A stretch of DNA of 60,044 nt from an uncultured virus (IMG/VR IMGVR_UViG_3300042860_004714) (Duplodnaviria > Heunggongvirae > Uroviricota > Caudoviricetes), in IMG/VR virus record IMGVR_UViG_3300042860_004714; one strand, 5' to 3'. This document shows positions 1 through 9,628 of this stretch, one piece after another. The notes beneath the pieces were generated by a model that saw only the letters and a program-made list of their open reading frames with translations, did not search any database and was not told the origin of the DNA. The position numbers were made by a program, and so were the translations under genes. Position 1 is the stretch's first letter. The number at the start of each line of letters is the position of its first letter.

Positions 1-28
1 TATCGGTTCCGCCCACGGACCCTTCACC

Positions 29-211
29 GTGGACTTGAGCAACGCAACGTTCCTCTTCTTCCCTCCCGTCGACGACGATCCCAAGTCTCGCGGGACCTTG
101 CTCATTCGGCCGAGCAACTACGTGAACCGCCACAAAGTCAAAGATGATCGCCCGAACGAGCAGTCGAACTGGGCTGACGACGACAGAGACGGGGATCGCG
201 ATCGTGATTGA
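29..211 (+). CDS. Probable 3' end of a hypothetical protein starting before the window
   Basis: Open frame with coding-like codon usage, followed by a hairpin. Confidence 0.4.
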   Translation: MDLSNATFLFFPPVDDDPKSRGTLLIRPSNYVNRHKVKDDRPNEQSNWADDDRDGDRDRD

Positions 212-238
212 TTGACCCGAAAATTGTTTGACAGCAGT

Positions 239-275
239 CACCCCCGAAGGACGCTTGCAGGCGCCTTCGGGGGTG
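239..275 (+). terminator. GC-rich intergenic hairpin (terminator or RNA-stability element)
   Basis: cacccccgaagg...ccttcgggggtg inverted repeat; weak U-tract. Confidence 0.5.
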
Positions 276-309
276 TAGCTTTACCTACAACGCAAGAGGG
301 CTACAGAGA

Positions 310-663
310 ATGCACAAGGAAAAGTTCGACATCGTCTTCATCCACACCAAGAACGCAGGCGAGATGACGATCGCCCGGTCGTTTCGGTCGAGCAGAGCTG
401 CTACCGAGGTGTGGTTCCCCTCGAAGAAGATCAGAGCCGCCATCAAGAAGGTGATGAACAAGAAGTCCGACATCAAGAACGTGAAGAATGTTGTCTTTTC
501 AAACATCTCTTCGGACGACTTGTTCGAGATCATTCGACTGCTCGGTGGCCTCGACGATAGCATGCACGAAGACGGTCAGCTTCCTGCAGGCTGCATCAGC
601 ACAAAGCTGACCGAGCTTGAGCTCATCGCGAAAAACTACGACTTCGCGCTGTCGCTTGTGTAG
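310..663 (+). CDS. Hypothetical protein
   Basis: 117-aa ORF, ATG start, first of a closely packed run. Confidence 0.7.
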   Translation: MHKEKFDIVFIHTKNAGEMTIARSFRSSRAATEVWFPSKKIRAAIKKVMNKKSDIKNVKNVVFSNISSDDLFEIIRLLGGLDDSMHEDGQLPAGCISTKLTELELIAKNYDFALSLV

Positions 664-665
664 AC

Positions 666-1175
666 ATGATCACAGTTCTAGGAGAACACACACTGAAACT
701 GGACGGGCAAGACGTAGTGCTCGTCGAGCTGAAAGATGAGACGACGGGGGCAATCTCTTTCGTAACCAAGTATCCGGTGACGAGAGACTTGTTTCCTGCG
801 ATTGAACCAAGCGGGAAAGCCAGCGAAGCCCTGCAAATCGAGGAGAGGAACTTCAACTTAGGCACGACAGAAGCTGTGATCGAAGAGGTTGCGAAGCAAG
901 ATCCTATCCTTTCGCACTACCAGTACCCCGAGAGAACAGACCACCTGCTCCGAGCGGTAAGCGAAGACAGTGGTCTGAGAGCATCTTTGCTCTCGAGCAG
1001 CTTGCTGAAAAAGATGTTTTTGACCGAGAGGATGTTCGGAAACGATCTTGTCTTGTCCCATGAAGTTGCGTTCAAAGAGAACAGATTGCCATTCCGTCTG
1101 AGCCACGCAACACAGAGTGTTTGCGGAGTGCTCTTTATCCCCTGCAACATCCCTGTCCTAGTGAGGAAGTCATGA
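666..1175 (+). CDS. Hypothetical protein
   Basis: 169-aa ORF; stop overlaps next start (ATGA). Confidence 0.7.
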   Translation: MITVLGEHTLKLDGQDVVLVELKDETTGAISFVTKYPVTRDLFPAIEPSGKASEALQIEERNFNLGTTEAVIEEVAKQDPILSHYQYPERTDHLLRAVSEDSGLRASLLSSSLLKKMFLTERMFGNDLVLSHEVAFKENRLPFRLSHATQSVCGVLFIPCNIPVLVRKS

Positions 1176-2278
1176 AGTTCGCCCAAGCTGTCCGTCTCGT
1201 CTGCGCCAACCACAAGTCCAGCACGAAGCAGACGTTGTTTTTCCTCGGCCCGCCCGGCATCGGCAAGAGCAGCATCGCTTACGAGGCGAAGCGGGTGCTG
1301 AAAGAGACTGACTTGATCGACGTTGACGTGGTTGTTGTCGACCTCAGCAACGCTTTGCCCGAAGACCTCAACGGTCTGCCGAAGACTGAAGGCGAGGTGA
1401 TGCGCTTCATTCCAGACGAATGGCTGCACCGCCTTTGTCGGCCGGGGGCACAAGCTATTTTGGTGCTCGACGACCTCGCAGCGGCCTCGTCTGCCATTCA
1501 GGTGGCCACTCGTCAGCTTGCGCTCGATCGCAGGATTCACAATCACATCTTGTCTGATGGCGTAAGCATCATCGTCACGGGTAACAGGTCAACAGACGGC
1601 GCGAAAGCCACACAGCTTCCGAGCCACTTCCGCAACTCAGTGCTTCTGATCTCGATCGATCCCGACTTTGATGCGTGGGTTTCGTGGTACAGGCACCAAG
1701 AGAACGTCGACCGCTCTATTGTCTCGTTCCTGTTATTCGCAAAGAAGTTCTTCAGCACTGTGCCGCAAGAAGCCGACAAGCTCGGAGCTTTCGCTACTCC
1801 CCGTTCGTGGTCGATGCTGGGTAGGTTGCTGCCACAAGTCGTGCCCTTGGGGGACGAAGACATTCTTCGCGAGACAGTCCACGGCCTCGTCGGCACAGGG
1901 CCGGGCGTAGAGTACTTGGCCTTCCGGTCCATGCAGAACGACACTGTCGACATCCAAGACTTCTTGCGAGACCCGAAAAGGACGCTGCCTGCTCCTTCCG
2001 ACCTCGAGCGCTCCTACTTGATCGCGATCTGCTCGGCTGCCGTGACTCGCGTGGTCGAGGGCAAAGGGTCCGATGACTACGACAAGTTGGTCTACGCGAT
2101 GGCGCACGTGGCGACCGACAAAAGAGACTTGTTTGCTTACGCCTTCCAGCTCGCTGAGTCGCTCGGAGGCAAGGAAGCTCGCCAGAGGTTCAGCTTTGCC
2201 GTGAGCCGGGTGGCGAAGCAAGACAAGTCGGTTCTCAGCTTGGTCAAGACCATCTCTGACTTGCTGGGTCAGTTCTGA
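1172..2278 (+). CDS. MoxR-like AAA+ ATPase
   Basis: Walker A GPPGIGKS, DLNGLP, Walker B ILVLDD, sensor TGNR, FATPRSW motif; start taken at ATGA overlap 1172. Confidence 0.9.
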   Translation: MKFAQAVRLVCANHKSSTKQTLFFLGPPGIGKSSIAYEAKRVLKETDLIDVDVVVVDLSNALPEDLNGLPKTEGEVMRFIPDEWLHRLCRPGAQAILVLDDLAAASSAIQVATRQLALDRRIHNHILSDGVSIIVTGNRSTDGAKATQLPSHFRNSVLLISIDPDFDAWVSWYRHQENVDRSIVSFLLFAKKFFSTVPQEADKLGAFATPRSWSMLGRLLPQVVPLGDEDILRETVHGLVGTGPGVEYLAFRSMQNDTVDIQDFLRDPKRTLPAPSDLERSYLIAICSAAVTRVVEGKGSDDYDKLVYAMAHVATDKRDLFAYAFQLAESLGGKEARQRFSFAVSRVAKQDKSVLSLVKTISDLLGQF

Positions 2279-3534
2279 TGCAAGACTTGAACAATAAGTG
2301 GGAAGCAGCTCTGCTTTCTCTGTCCTTCGCGTATCCCTTCTACGCGCACTTGCTCTACAAGGCGAAGCTGCAGTTTGTCGACAACGACAAGTTGACTGCA
2401 AAGGTCAACCACAAGCTTGAGATCAAGATGGGAGCGAAGTTTGCGCGAAGCCTGTCGCAGACAGAGTTCTCGGGAGTTGTTCTTCACGAGGTATTGCACG
2501 TTGTGCTCGGATACCACGAACGGCTCAACACCAAAGACCATGTTTTGTTCAATATCGCTCACGACTACATCGTGAACGGCCTTGTGCAAGAAGCGCAGAA
2601 ACACAAGTTCCGAGGGAATGACGTAGTCTGCTTGGCGGATGGATGTCTTCTCGAGCCGACGTGGTCGCACCTGGCTGCAGAAGAGATCTATGCTTTCTTG
2701 TCGGAGAGAGTCGAGAACAACGGAGGCAAAAGGAAGGTTAAGCTCAAATGCTACAACAAGACGAAGGGCAACTCGGAAGAAGTTGAAGTCGATCTCAACG
2801 AAAGCATGTACACGGACGTGGAAGAGTACGATCTACTGAGCGAATCTGAGATCAGGCAGCTGTCCTTGGAGATGGCGCAGCTACTCAAAGAAGCAGAAAT
2901 GCATCACAAGAGCAGCCGAGGAACTCTGCCCAGCGAGCTGCAGATCCGCATCGACGCTATTTGCACGCCGAAGATCCACTGGAACTCCTTCATACGGAAT
3001 CATGTGGGTAGTCGAATCGGTTCGCCCCATCCCACCTACATGCGCCGAAGCAGGAGGTCGGAAGCAGTAGGAGAGATACTTCCTGGATGGCGCAAAGATT
3101 CAGCCTCAAACATCATCTTGTTGTGGGACACCAGCGGGTCGATGTACGGGATGCACGAAGTTATTCTTTCTGAGTTTCGGTCTCTCGTGAGAGAGATGGG
3201 CTACTCGCTGCGCCTCATTCAGTGCGACGCGGCCGTGCAGTCAGACATGCTCCTCGAAGACGAGACTGTCATCGTCAAAGGCCACGGCGGCTCCGATTTC
3301 CAGCCAGCGTTCAAGCTGCTGGAAGAGGAAAACGAGGATGTGTACGTCATCGCAATGACGGACGGGGAGATTGGGTACCCAGAAGACAAGCCAAGCTGCG
3401 TAAAGGACATTTTGTGGGTCTACACAAGGCTTTATTCCGGCTACCCGCCGCCTTACTTGTTCTCTTACGGAGACTGCATTCAGTTCGACGTCAAAGAAGG
3501 GACCGTCACTATCTTGCGTCGAGGTCACGCCTAA
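2278..3534 (+). CDS. Putative metallopeptidase + VWA-like domain protein (DUF2201-type)
   Basis: HEVLH zincin motif, NIAHDYIVN, MIDAS DTSGSM, GHGGSDF and MTDG; typical partner of the adjacent AAA ATPase. Confidence 0.88.
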   Translation: MQDLNNKWEAALLSLSFAYPFYAHLLYKAKLQFVDNDKLTAKVNHKLEIKMGAKFARSLSQTEFSGVVLHEVLHVVLGYHERLNTKDHVLFNIAHDYIVNGLVQEAQKHKFRGNDVVCLADGCLLEPTWSHLAAEEIYAFLSERVENNGGKRKVKLKCYNKTKGNSEEVEVDLNESMYTDVEEYDLLSESEIRQLSLEMAQLLKEAEMHHKSSRGTLPSELQIRIDAICTPKIHWNSFIRNHVGSRIGSPHPTYMRRSRRSEAVGEILPGWRKDSASNIILLWDTSGSMYGMHEVILSEFRSLVREMGYSLRLIQCDAAVQSDMLLEDETVIVKGHGGSDFQPAFKLLEEENEDVYVIAMTDGEIGYPEDKPSCVKDILWVYTRLYSGYPPPYLFSYGDCIQFDVKEGTVTILRRGHA

Positions 3535-4040
3535 TGCCGAGGAGAGTAATCATCGAGGAGCGCACGTCGCCCGACCTGCAACAGCTTTTGCTGTCTTCGG
3601 GAGCCCTCGATATTGCGGAAGCCATCGACAACAGCCGGTTTCATGTGAACCAGCCGATAGCGATCACGAGGCCGGAAATCGTAGCAGTCACACTGAGGGG
3701 CAAGAGAGACAAGTTGTTTCTGCACGCGGAATGGGCGTTTACGCCACAACAGCTGCAGGAAGCAGTTTGGGTCTCGCAGTGCTCTGAGCCCCGCGTAGGA
3801 GACAGAGTACGGTCGTCTTTCGTGAGAAAGTCAGTCAAAATACATGCATTTTACCCTCACCCGTCGAAGGACGGATCTGTGTTCAAGAACATGATCGCCC
3901 TTTTCGACAACGACTTCGAGCGCTCAGAGAAGGTCGAGAAAAGGTTTGAGACGGAGATGAGGCGTGCTCGCTGCCACCACCTCGGCATGACCTACAACTT
4001 GTCCTTTGCTACCGTCTTTGCGAGAGAGTTGTTGCCGTGA
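3534..4040 (+). CDS. Hypothetical protein
   Basis: TAATG overlap start (MPRRVIIEE...), 168 aa. Confidence 0.65.
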   Translation: MPRRVIIEERTSPDLQQLLLSSGALDIAEAIDNSRFHVNQPIAITRPEIVAVTLRGKRDKLFLHAEWAFTPQQLQEAVWVSQCSEPRVGDRVRSSFVRKSVKIHAFYPHPSKDGSVFKNMIALFDNDFERSEKVEKRFETEMRRARCHHLGMTYNLSFATVFARELLP

Positions 4041-4209
4041 CAGAAAAAACAGAGTCTGTCATTCCGTTCGACTTTGACGTGAAAACTGATTCAGAACCGC
4101 TTCGCGTCGAGTTCGACGTGATGGGAATCAATACGGATTGTGCCGTGAACTTTGTTTACTTGGTTTTCGAAGATACGCAAAAACTCAGAAATGCTCTGGA
4201 GAAAAAGTC

Positions 4210-5337
4210 ATGAACGCCACGCCTATCAACAACCTCACCGTCTCCTCTCGCGGTCTCGTCGACATGCGTAGCACGCGCACTCAGCCCATGAACAGGAGCC
4301 TCGAGGAGGTTCGTGACTACCTCAAGGCGCTCAACACCAAGCAGGATCCCGAAGACATCGTCCGCCCCGGCAGCCACTTGGCTGTGTTCTTCGAGAATGG
4401 AGTGATGACTGGTCGCTTCCTCACCCCTTCTGGCCTCGGGGACCAGGTGTACTCGTTCAGCTCCACGGGCGCCGCACAGTTGGCGAGCGAAGTGTTGCCG
4501 TCTCACTTCTTCCGCGGTCTTCGCGGCTTCGTCCAGATCGACGACGACGCCAAGAAGCTGGCTTCGCTCGTGTGGAACAAGTGCGCCACGCAGAGCAAGA
4601 ACAACCTCTTGTTCCGCACCGTGAACTACAAGGATCCGGTCGACGGTGCCGTCAAGCGGATGATCCGGGCGGTCGTCAGCGAGAAGTACGCCGACTACTC
4701 GAACTTGCAGTACGTGCAGACGCTGCTCGACCACGGCGGCGACTTGATCCGCAACGCAAATGTTCTTGAGATGCGTGTTACCGACGATCTCATGCGTCTT
4801 CGCGTGGCGATCGATCCTTTCGCCGAAGTCAACAAGCCCATTCGCATGGTCGAGCTGTGGAACTCGGAGGTCGCCAAGCGGCGCGTGTCGCTGCGCTCGG
4901 GCATCTACAAGCTCATCTGCACCAACGGTATGGGCCACTGGGACAAGGCCAACGACCACTCTTGGGTCCATCGCGGGGAGACGGGCAAGTTCCGGGATCG
5001 CGTCGAAAGTGCGGTCAAGGGGGCCATCACTGACGCGTCTGGCGTTGTCCACATGTACGAGATGGCGATCAACACTGTCATCAACAAAGCGTTTGAGTTC
5101 ATGACGGCGCAGATGACTCTCGAAGGCTTGACCCCCAACCACATCGCGGCTTCCGTCAAAGCTCTTGACGACACCACGACGACGCCCGGGAGCAAGCTCG
5201 CGTCGGTTGTCGACGCCATCACTCTGGCCGCTCAGGCCGAAGATCTCGAAACCCAAGACATGATGGAGGTGGCCGCAAGCAAGATCATGTTCCGCGGCTT
5301 GCGTATGGCTCGCAATAACATCATCGAAATGGCGTGA
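4210..5337 (+). CDS. DUF932/DUF945-like phage/plasmid protein
   Basis: WNSEV...GIYKLICTNGM...WVHRG resembles the NSxx...RLxCxNG...H family signature; strongly GC3-biased codons. Confidence 0.78.
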   Translation: MNATPINNLTVSSRGLVDMRSTRTQPMNRSLEEVRDYLKALNTKQDPEDIVRPGSHLAVFFENGVMTGRFLTPSGLGDQVYSFSSTGAAQLASEVLPSHFFRGLRGFVQIDDDAKKLASLVWNKCATQSKNNLLFRTVNYKDPVDGAVKRMIRAVVSEKYADYSNLQYVQTLLDHGGDLIRNANVLEMRVTDDLMRLRVAIDPFAEVNKPIRMVELWNSEVAKRRVSLRSGIYKLICTNGMGHWDKANDHSWVHRGETGKFRDRVESAVKGAITDASGVVHMYEMAINTVINKAFEFMTAQMTLEGLTPNHIAASVKALDDTTTTPGSKLASVVDAITLAAQAEDLETQDMMEVAASKIMFRGLRMARNNIIEMA

Positions 5338-5900
5338 AGGTAGAGATCAGCAGCATGTCAAACCAGTTCCCGTACGAAGTGTTCTCAAATAGTGTAGAAA
5401 GTTGGCTCGAAGGTAAGGAGTATTGGTGCTGTTGGGCCGTGTGGGAGAGGATGAAGGGTACGGTTCGAGTGAACGCAAACATTGACTACGGATACGACTT
5501 GGCGAAGAGCCCAGAAGCGCGTGAGGTAGCGCTCGGCTTTGCTTGGGAAGACCTCGTCAATGCATTTTGCGGTTGCGGTACCAACCACCTGAACGGTCTT
5601 GTTGCTGATCTGTTTTTCGCTATGCCTAAACCAGCTGAGACTTGGCCGGTGTTTTCGGCTCACGTCACAAAAGCTGTGAAAGATGTGGAGGGACGACTCG
5701 AAATCAACAAATACCCGCGTCGCTATCGCCGAGAGGCTCGTGACCGAGGCTGCATCAGCGGGCCCACAAACGGCGCTTTCAGGAGCGCAGCTGTCCAAGA
5801 AGGAGGCTATCCTTACGCATTTTGGGAGAAGCGTTTCAGAGCTCGTGGTGCTGTTGTTCAAGCTATTGATACAAACGTGATCCGCTTTCCGAGAAAGTAG
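5334..5900 (+). CDS. Hypothetical protein
   Basis: GTGA overlap with upstream stop; 188 aa. Confidence 0.65.
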   Translation: MKVEISSMSNQFPYEVFSNSVESWLEGKEYWCCWAVWERMKGTVRVNANIDYGYDLAKSPEAREVALGFAWEDLVNAFCGCGTNHLNGLVADLFFAMPKPAETWPVFSAHVTKAVKDVEGRLEINKYPRRYRREARDRGCISGPTNGAFRSAAVQEGGYPYAFWEKRFRARGAVVQAIDTNVIRFPRK

Positions 5901-5950
5901 TTTGTTCGTGTGTTCCGTGTCCGAAGTATACAAAATGACGGGAAGTATCA

Positions 5951-7132
5951 ATGTCAAAGCGGCTCAAGTCTCTCCGCGAGATCGTCAACAGCGTCAGTGA
6001 GCATGAGTACAGAACAGCAATCAACAACCCGCTCAAAGTCCTTTCCGACTGGGACAAGTTCAAAGTCGACAAGGGAGGTGGTCGCTTCTTGACGATGATC
6101 ACGGACATCGACCCCCGCGATCGCGCAAGCAACAGCAAAATCGGAAAAAACAGAAACTCAGAGCACTTGATGATCCGCCAGACGCATCAGATGAGCATGG
6201 CGTTGGCGCAGGCGGACAGCAGCGGAGTGTTCGAGGCGTGTCACGGGTGTCGGACGAAGCAGTGCAGCTTGCTCTGCAACGCCCGCTCCGGTCACATGCG
6301 CATCGAGCACGGCACTGCTGAACGCGCGAAGAAGATTCGTTCAATGTACTGGGCCGAGAACCCCCAGTTCGCGGGCGCCCTTGCGGTCATCGAATCCCGC
6401 AAAGGTGCTTTGCTCGCTGGGTCTCTCGGCTTGATCCCCATCATTCGGTCGAACACTTGGTCGGACGTGCCTTGGTACTTGACGACACTTGCTGGTCCTT
6501 GGATCCACGACTTCACGCAGGTCAACGCTGACTTCATCGGTCTCGCTGCCGAGTATCCGATGCTGAGCCACAGCAACTACACGAAGCACACCGCAAGCCG
6601 CAACCTCAAGACCGGAGAGAAGGAGCCCGACGAGGCTGCTCCGCCCAACTACTACATGACGCTCAGCATCAACGAGAACACGCCTGTCGCCCGTATTCGT
6701 GCGCGGATCGCGAGTGGCAGGACTGCGATTGCGGTTGTTTGGGCCACCCCGAGCACGCCGCTTCCGCAGGAGTGGACGATGGTCGATCGCTGGGGGAAGC
6801 GTGAAACCTTCCCCTGCTACAACGCCAATCTCGACGACGCCCGCATTCACGACGCTGAAGTGGGCCGTCACGGGGTCGGCTTGTTGACGAAAAAGACGGT
6901 CAACAACCTTCCCCTCTTCAAGGGGATGGCTGAGGTCTCGTCTTTCATCCGTCCGATTGATCCTGACGCGCCCGTGGGCTCGAAGTTCGGCATCCCCAAG
7001 GAGTACGCGAAGAGTGAACATATTCGTACTGGAACACTGCCCGAAGAAGTCAGCAAGCAGTCAGTGCAACCGTCACGTAGTGAAGATGTGCTTGGAGACA
7101 GCGCAGATTCTGAGCACTGCACTTTTCACTAA
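5951..7132 (+). CDS. Phage gp88-like (GP88 family) protein
   Basis: NSKIGK, Cys cluster CHGC...CSLLC..RSG, IRSNTWSDVPW, NYTKH, NYYMTLSINE, AVVW, DDARIHD in the order seen in GP88-type proteins. Confidence 0.7.
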   Translation: MSKRLKSLREIVNSVSEHEYRTAINNPLKVLSDWDKFKVDKGGGRFLTMITDIDPRDRASNSKIGKNRNSEHLMIRQTHQMSMALAQADSSGVFEACHGCRTKQCSLLCNARSGHMRIEHGTAERAKKIRSMYWAENPQFAGALAVIESRKGALLAGSLGLIPIIRSNTWSDVPWYLTTLAGPWIHDFTQVNADFIGLAAEYPMLSHSNYTKHTASRNLKTGEKEPDEAAPPNYYMTLSINENTPVARIRARIASGRTAIAVVWATPSTPLPQEWTMVDRWGKRETFPCYNANLDDARIHDAEVGRHGVGLLTKKTVNNLPLFKGMAEVSSFIRPIDPDAPVGSKFGIPKEYAKSEHIRTGTLPEEVSKQSVQPSRSEDVLGDSADSEHCTFH

Positions 7133-7502
7133 CGGAGTGGCCGGCGTTCCGTACAAGCCCACGCACAAAAAGCATCCTTGCTGTGTGTGGGCGGCTGAAA
7201 CGAAAGACAACTTCGACTGGCTCGTGATTCACGGTATCGCTTTGTGCGACGAATACACCAGAAGGTTCGGCAAGGTACACGCTTCCAGAAAAGTGATTGA
7301 GTTCTGTGGCGCGCACTCCTATTTGATGCCGCCAGGACCGATCACGCCGTTTGCCCAGGCCATGCCTGATGTCTACAAAGATGCTTGTGCTGTCACTGCG
7401 TACCGCAACTACTACAAGGCGCAAAAAGCTTCCTTCGCTACTTGGGCCTCCAAGACTGGCGTGGAAGTTGAGCCACCAGAGTGGTTTCTGTCGGTGCTGT
7501 AG
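7014..7502 (+). CDS. Pyrimidine dimer DNA glycosylase / endonuclease V-like protein
   Basis: MNIFVL...HVVKMCLETAQILS, YKPTHKKHPC, EYTRRFGKVH, TPFAQAMPD, AYRNYY; GTG start with AAGGAG upstream. Confidence 0.85.
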   Translation: MNIFVLEHCPKKSASSQCNRHVVKMCLETAQILSTALFTNGVAGVPYKPTHKKHPCCVWAAETKDNFDWLVIHGIALCDEYTRRFGKVHASRKVIEFCGAHSYLMPPGPITPFAQAMPDVYKDACAVTAYRNYYKAQKASFATWASKTGVEVEPPEWFLSVL

Positions 7503-7634
7503 CACTCAAGCTAAAACGTAGCACATCCCTTCCCTGTCTATCCGAGGCCGAGCACACTATGCTGTGTTCGCGCTTTCGGAGTTGTGTGAGATCTCTCCGC
7601 GCTCCGCCCCACCACCAGCTCATCGGGAGTTCTC

Positions 7635-8726
7635 ATGCGCAACGCCCTCGAAAATTGTGTGTCCTGCGGCGAAGGCAGCTACGGCGGCTTCGCTCACGAA
7701 AACGGCAAAAAGGCCCAAAAGAAGGCAACGGTTTCCTCCAACCTCGCCGCAGCTTACCAGAACAACAGCGCTGGCCTTCGCGTCGTCGCCGGCCAGGCCG
7801 GACTTTTCGCGAAGGACGCGGGCAAGGGGAGTGGCGAGCAGTCGGGGCTTTCTCGACTGGACAGTGCCTACACCTACAAAGGTCGCAAAGCTTCTGTTCG
7901 GGTTCACGCTGTTCAGATTGCTGACCCGGAAGACCGCATCCGTTTCGTGGCGTACGCTGTTGCAACTCTCCTCGGTCTGGGAGACTCTACCGCAAACAGC
8001 TGCGCCAACTACGTTGTCGCTCGTGCGGCCGGCGTGTTCAACAGCAGCGCGAAGGCTTGGCGCAAGCTCAGCGACAGCGACAGAGCTCGTCTGGTCTCCT
8101 TGGCAGAGACTAAGAACATCACTGCCACAAACACCTTCGATCCGAGCCAGTACGCAAGCTCCGAGCAGGTGGCGGCTGAAGAGAAGGCGGCTTCTTATGC
8201 GGCTGATCCTCAGCGGTTGGCGCGCTTGTCTGCAGTGGACCGCGGGATCTTCCGCTACCTGATGGCTCGTCGCGCAGCTCGCATGGCGAACAACGCTCTT
8301 GCGCCGCGCTTTGCCATGATCCAGCAGCAGTTCGGCCAGTTTGGCGGTCGTCGGGGTGCTCGTGGGCTGCTCCAGCGGGGCGGCGGCGGCCCGATGCAGC
8401 AGAAGCTCGCGGCTCTCGAAGCAGAGCTCGCAGCGCTCAAGCTGCAGCAGGAGGAGGCGGCCGCTGCTGCGAAGGCTCAGGCGGACGCTGCTCTCGCCGC
8501 AGCGCAGAACGCTCAGGCCATCGCTTCGGCCCCCATCAACGTGCAGGTCTCGCTGCCTGGCGCGACGACGGCGACTGCTCCTCAGGGTGCTACTTCCGTC
8601 GGGGCCCCCGCGACCACGACTGTGCCGGCTCCTGTGCAGGGTGACGTGGCTGTTGACCCCATCTCGGGTCAGGCTTACGGGTACTACGGCTACCCCGGTC
8701 GCTGGTACCGCATGGGTCACCGCTGA
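7635..8726 (+). CDS. Hypothetical protein, putative virion component
   Basis: 363 aa, N-terminal ALEN/AHENG motifs, short coiled coil, Ala/Pro/Thr-rich tail, biased codons. Confidence 0.75.
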   Translation: MRNALENCVSCGEGSYGGFAHENGKKAQKKATVSSNLAAAYQNNSAGLRVVAGQAGLFAKDAGKGSGEQSGLSRLDSAYTYKGRKASVRVHAVQIADPEDRIRFVAYAVATLLGLGDSTANSCANYVVARAAGVFNSSAKAWRKLSDSDRARLVSLAETKNITATNTFDPSQYASSEQVAAEEKAASYAADPQRLARLSAVDRGIFRYLMARRAARMANNALAPRFAMIQQQFGQFGGRRGARGLLQRGGGGPMQQKLAALEAELAALKLQQEEAAAAAKAQADAALAAAQNAQAIASAPINVQVSLPGATTATAPQGATSVGAPATTTVPAPVQGDVAVDPISGQAYGYYGYPGRWYRMGHR

Positions 8727-8733
8727 GCCAAAG

Positions 8734-8769
8734 CGAGCCTCCTGTCGGCAGCGTCTGGCAGGAGGCTCG
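8734..8769 (+). promoter_or_regulatory. Intergenic 15-bp stem-loop
   Basis: cgagcctcctgtcgg / ctggcaggaggctcg (with G-U pairs). Confidence 0.55.
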
Positions 8770-8800
8770 AAGCCTTTCCCTCGCACCCTTGAGACGTCTG

Positions 8801-9304
8801 ATGCTGTACGCAAAAAGCAATAATTTCGGCAGCTTCGGAGCTCCGTTCTACGGGATGAGTCCTTCTTCCGCCCAGCACGAGGCTGCCTTGGCTGCAGCGG
8901 AAGAGGCGAAAAAGAAAGAAAAAGCGAAGAAGAAGAAGAAGAAAGACAAGAAGACAGAAGAGAAGGCAGCAAAGGAAAAGGCTGAACGGGATGCTGCTCG
9001 ACTTGCCGCCATGCAAGGCGGTAGCTGGAAGGGAAAGGATCTGCCCAAAGCGTACACTCCCGGGTCTGATGAGGACGCCACAGGGGGCAGAAAAGGTTCT
9101 GGCAGAGCTTCTCGCAGTTCCCTTGAAGAGGGAGGATACGAGGTCCCCAGCGACGAGGAGATCGACGAGGAGCTGGAGGATTTCGAAGACGACGAAGAGG
9201 CAGGGGAAGAGGAAGAAGAGGGGCCCAACATCGCGTTGATTGCAGGCGGCGGTTTGGCCGTGGTCGGTGTGCTGGCTGCCATCTACTTGATCACAAAGAA
9301 GTGA
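8801..9304 (+). CDS. Tail-anchored membrane protein
   Basis: Lys-rich then acidic linker; C-terminal TM IALIAGGGLAVVGVLAAIYLI-TKK. Confidence 0.8.
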   Translation: MLYAKSNNFGSFGAPFYGMSPSSAQHEAALAAAEEAKKKEKAKKKKKKDKKTEEKAAKEKAERDAARLAAMQGGSWKGKDLPKAYTPGSDEDATGGRKGSGRASRSSLEEGGYEVPSDEEIDEELEDFEDDEEAGEEEEEGPNIALIAGGGLAVVGVLAAIYLITKK

Positions 9305-9307
9305 ATC

Positions 9308-9628
9308 ATGTTTCAGCCTTCGGCCATGTCCTTGTACCGGTACGGAGCTGCCGCCGAACTGTACACAGACAACAGCGCCGCGCTCGAGAACGGCAAGAAA
9401 AAGAAGAAGAAGAGAGCGAAGAAAGCTCAAACTTCTTCTGAGCCGATCATCGAAACTGGCGCTGAGGGCGATCCTGGCCCAACTGCGCCGCAAGAAGACA
9501 ATTCGCTATCACTGATGTTCTACGTATTCGGAGTAGGGACCATCATTGTGGGCGGCGGGGTAGCTGCCTACTACACCTACAAGAAGAAGCAGCAGGCTCA
9601 AGCCGAGCAAGATGAAGGTGAAGAATGA
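9308..9628 (+). CDS. Tail-anchored membrane protein
   Basis: MFQPS...YGA, ALENG, poly-Lys, C-terminal TM followed by KKK. Confidence 0.8.
   Translation: MFQPSAMSLYRYGAAAELYTDNSAALENGKKKKKKRAKKAQTSSEPIIETGAEGDPGPTAPQEDNSLSLMFYVFGVGTIIVGGGVAAYYTYKKKQQAQAEQDEGEE

Noticed and set aside
1172..2278. AAA ATPase as the genome packaging ATPase
   Set aside because: Motifs and the VWA partner indicate a MoxR-like AAA+, not an FtsK/HerA ATPase or terminase.
4041..4209. Intergenic gap as possible tRNA/ncRNA or sigma70 promoter
   Set aside because: No cloverleaf or convincing -35/-10 pair could be identified by eye.
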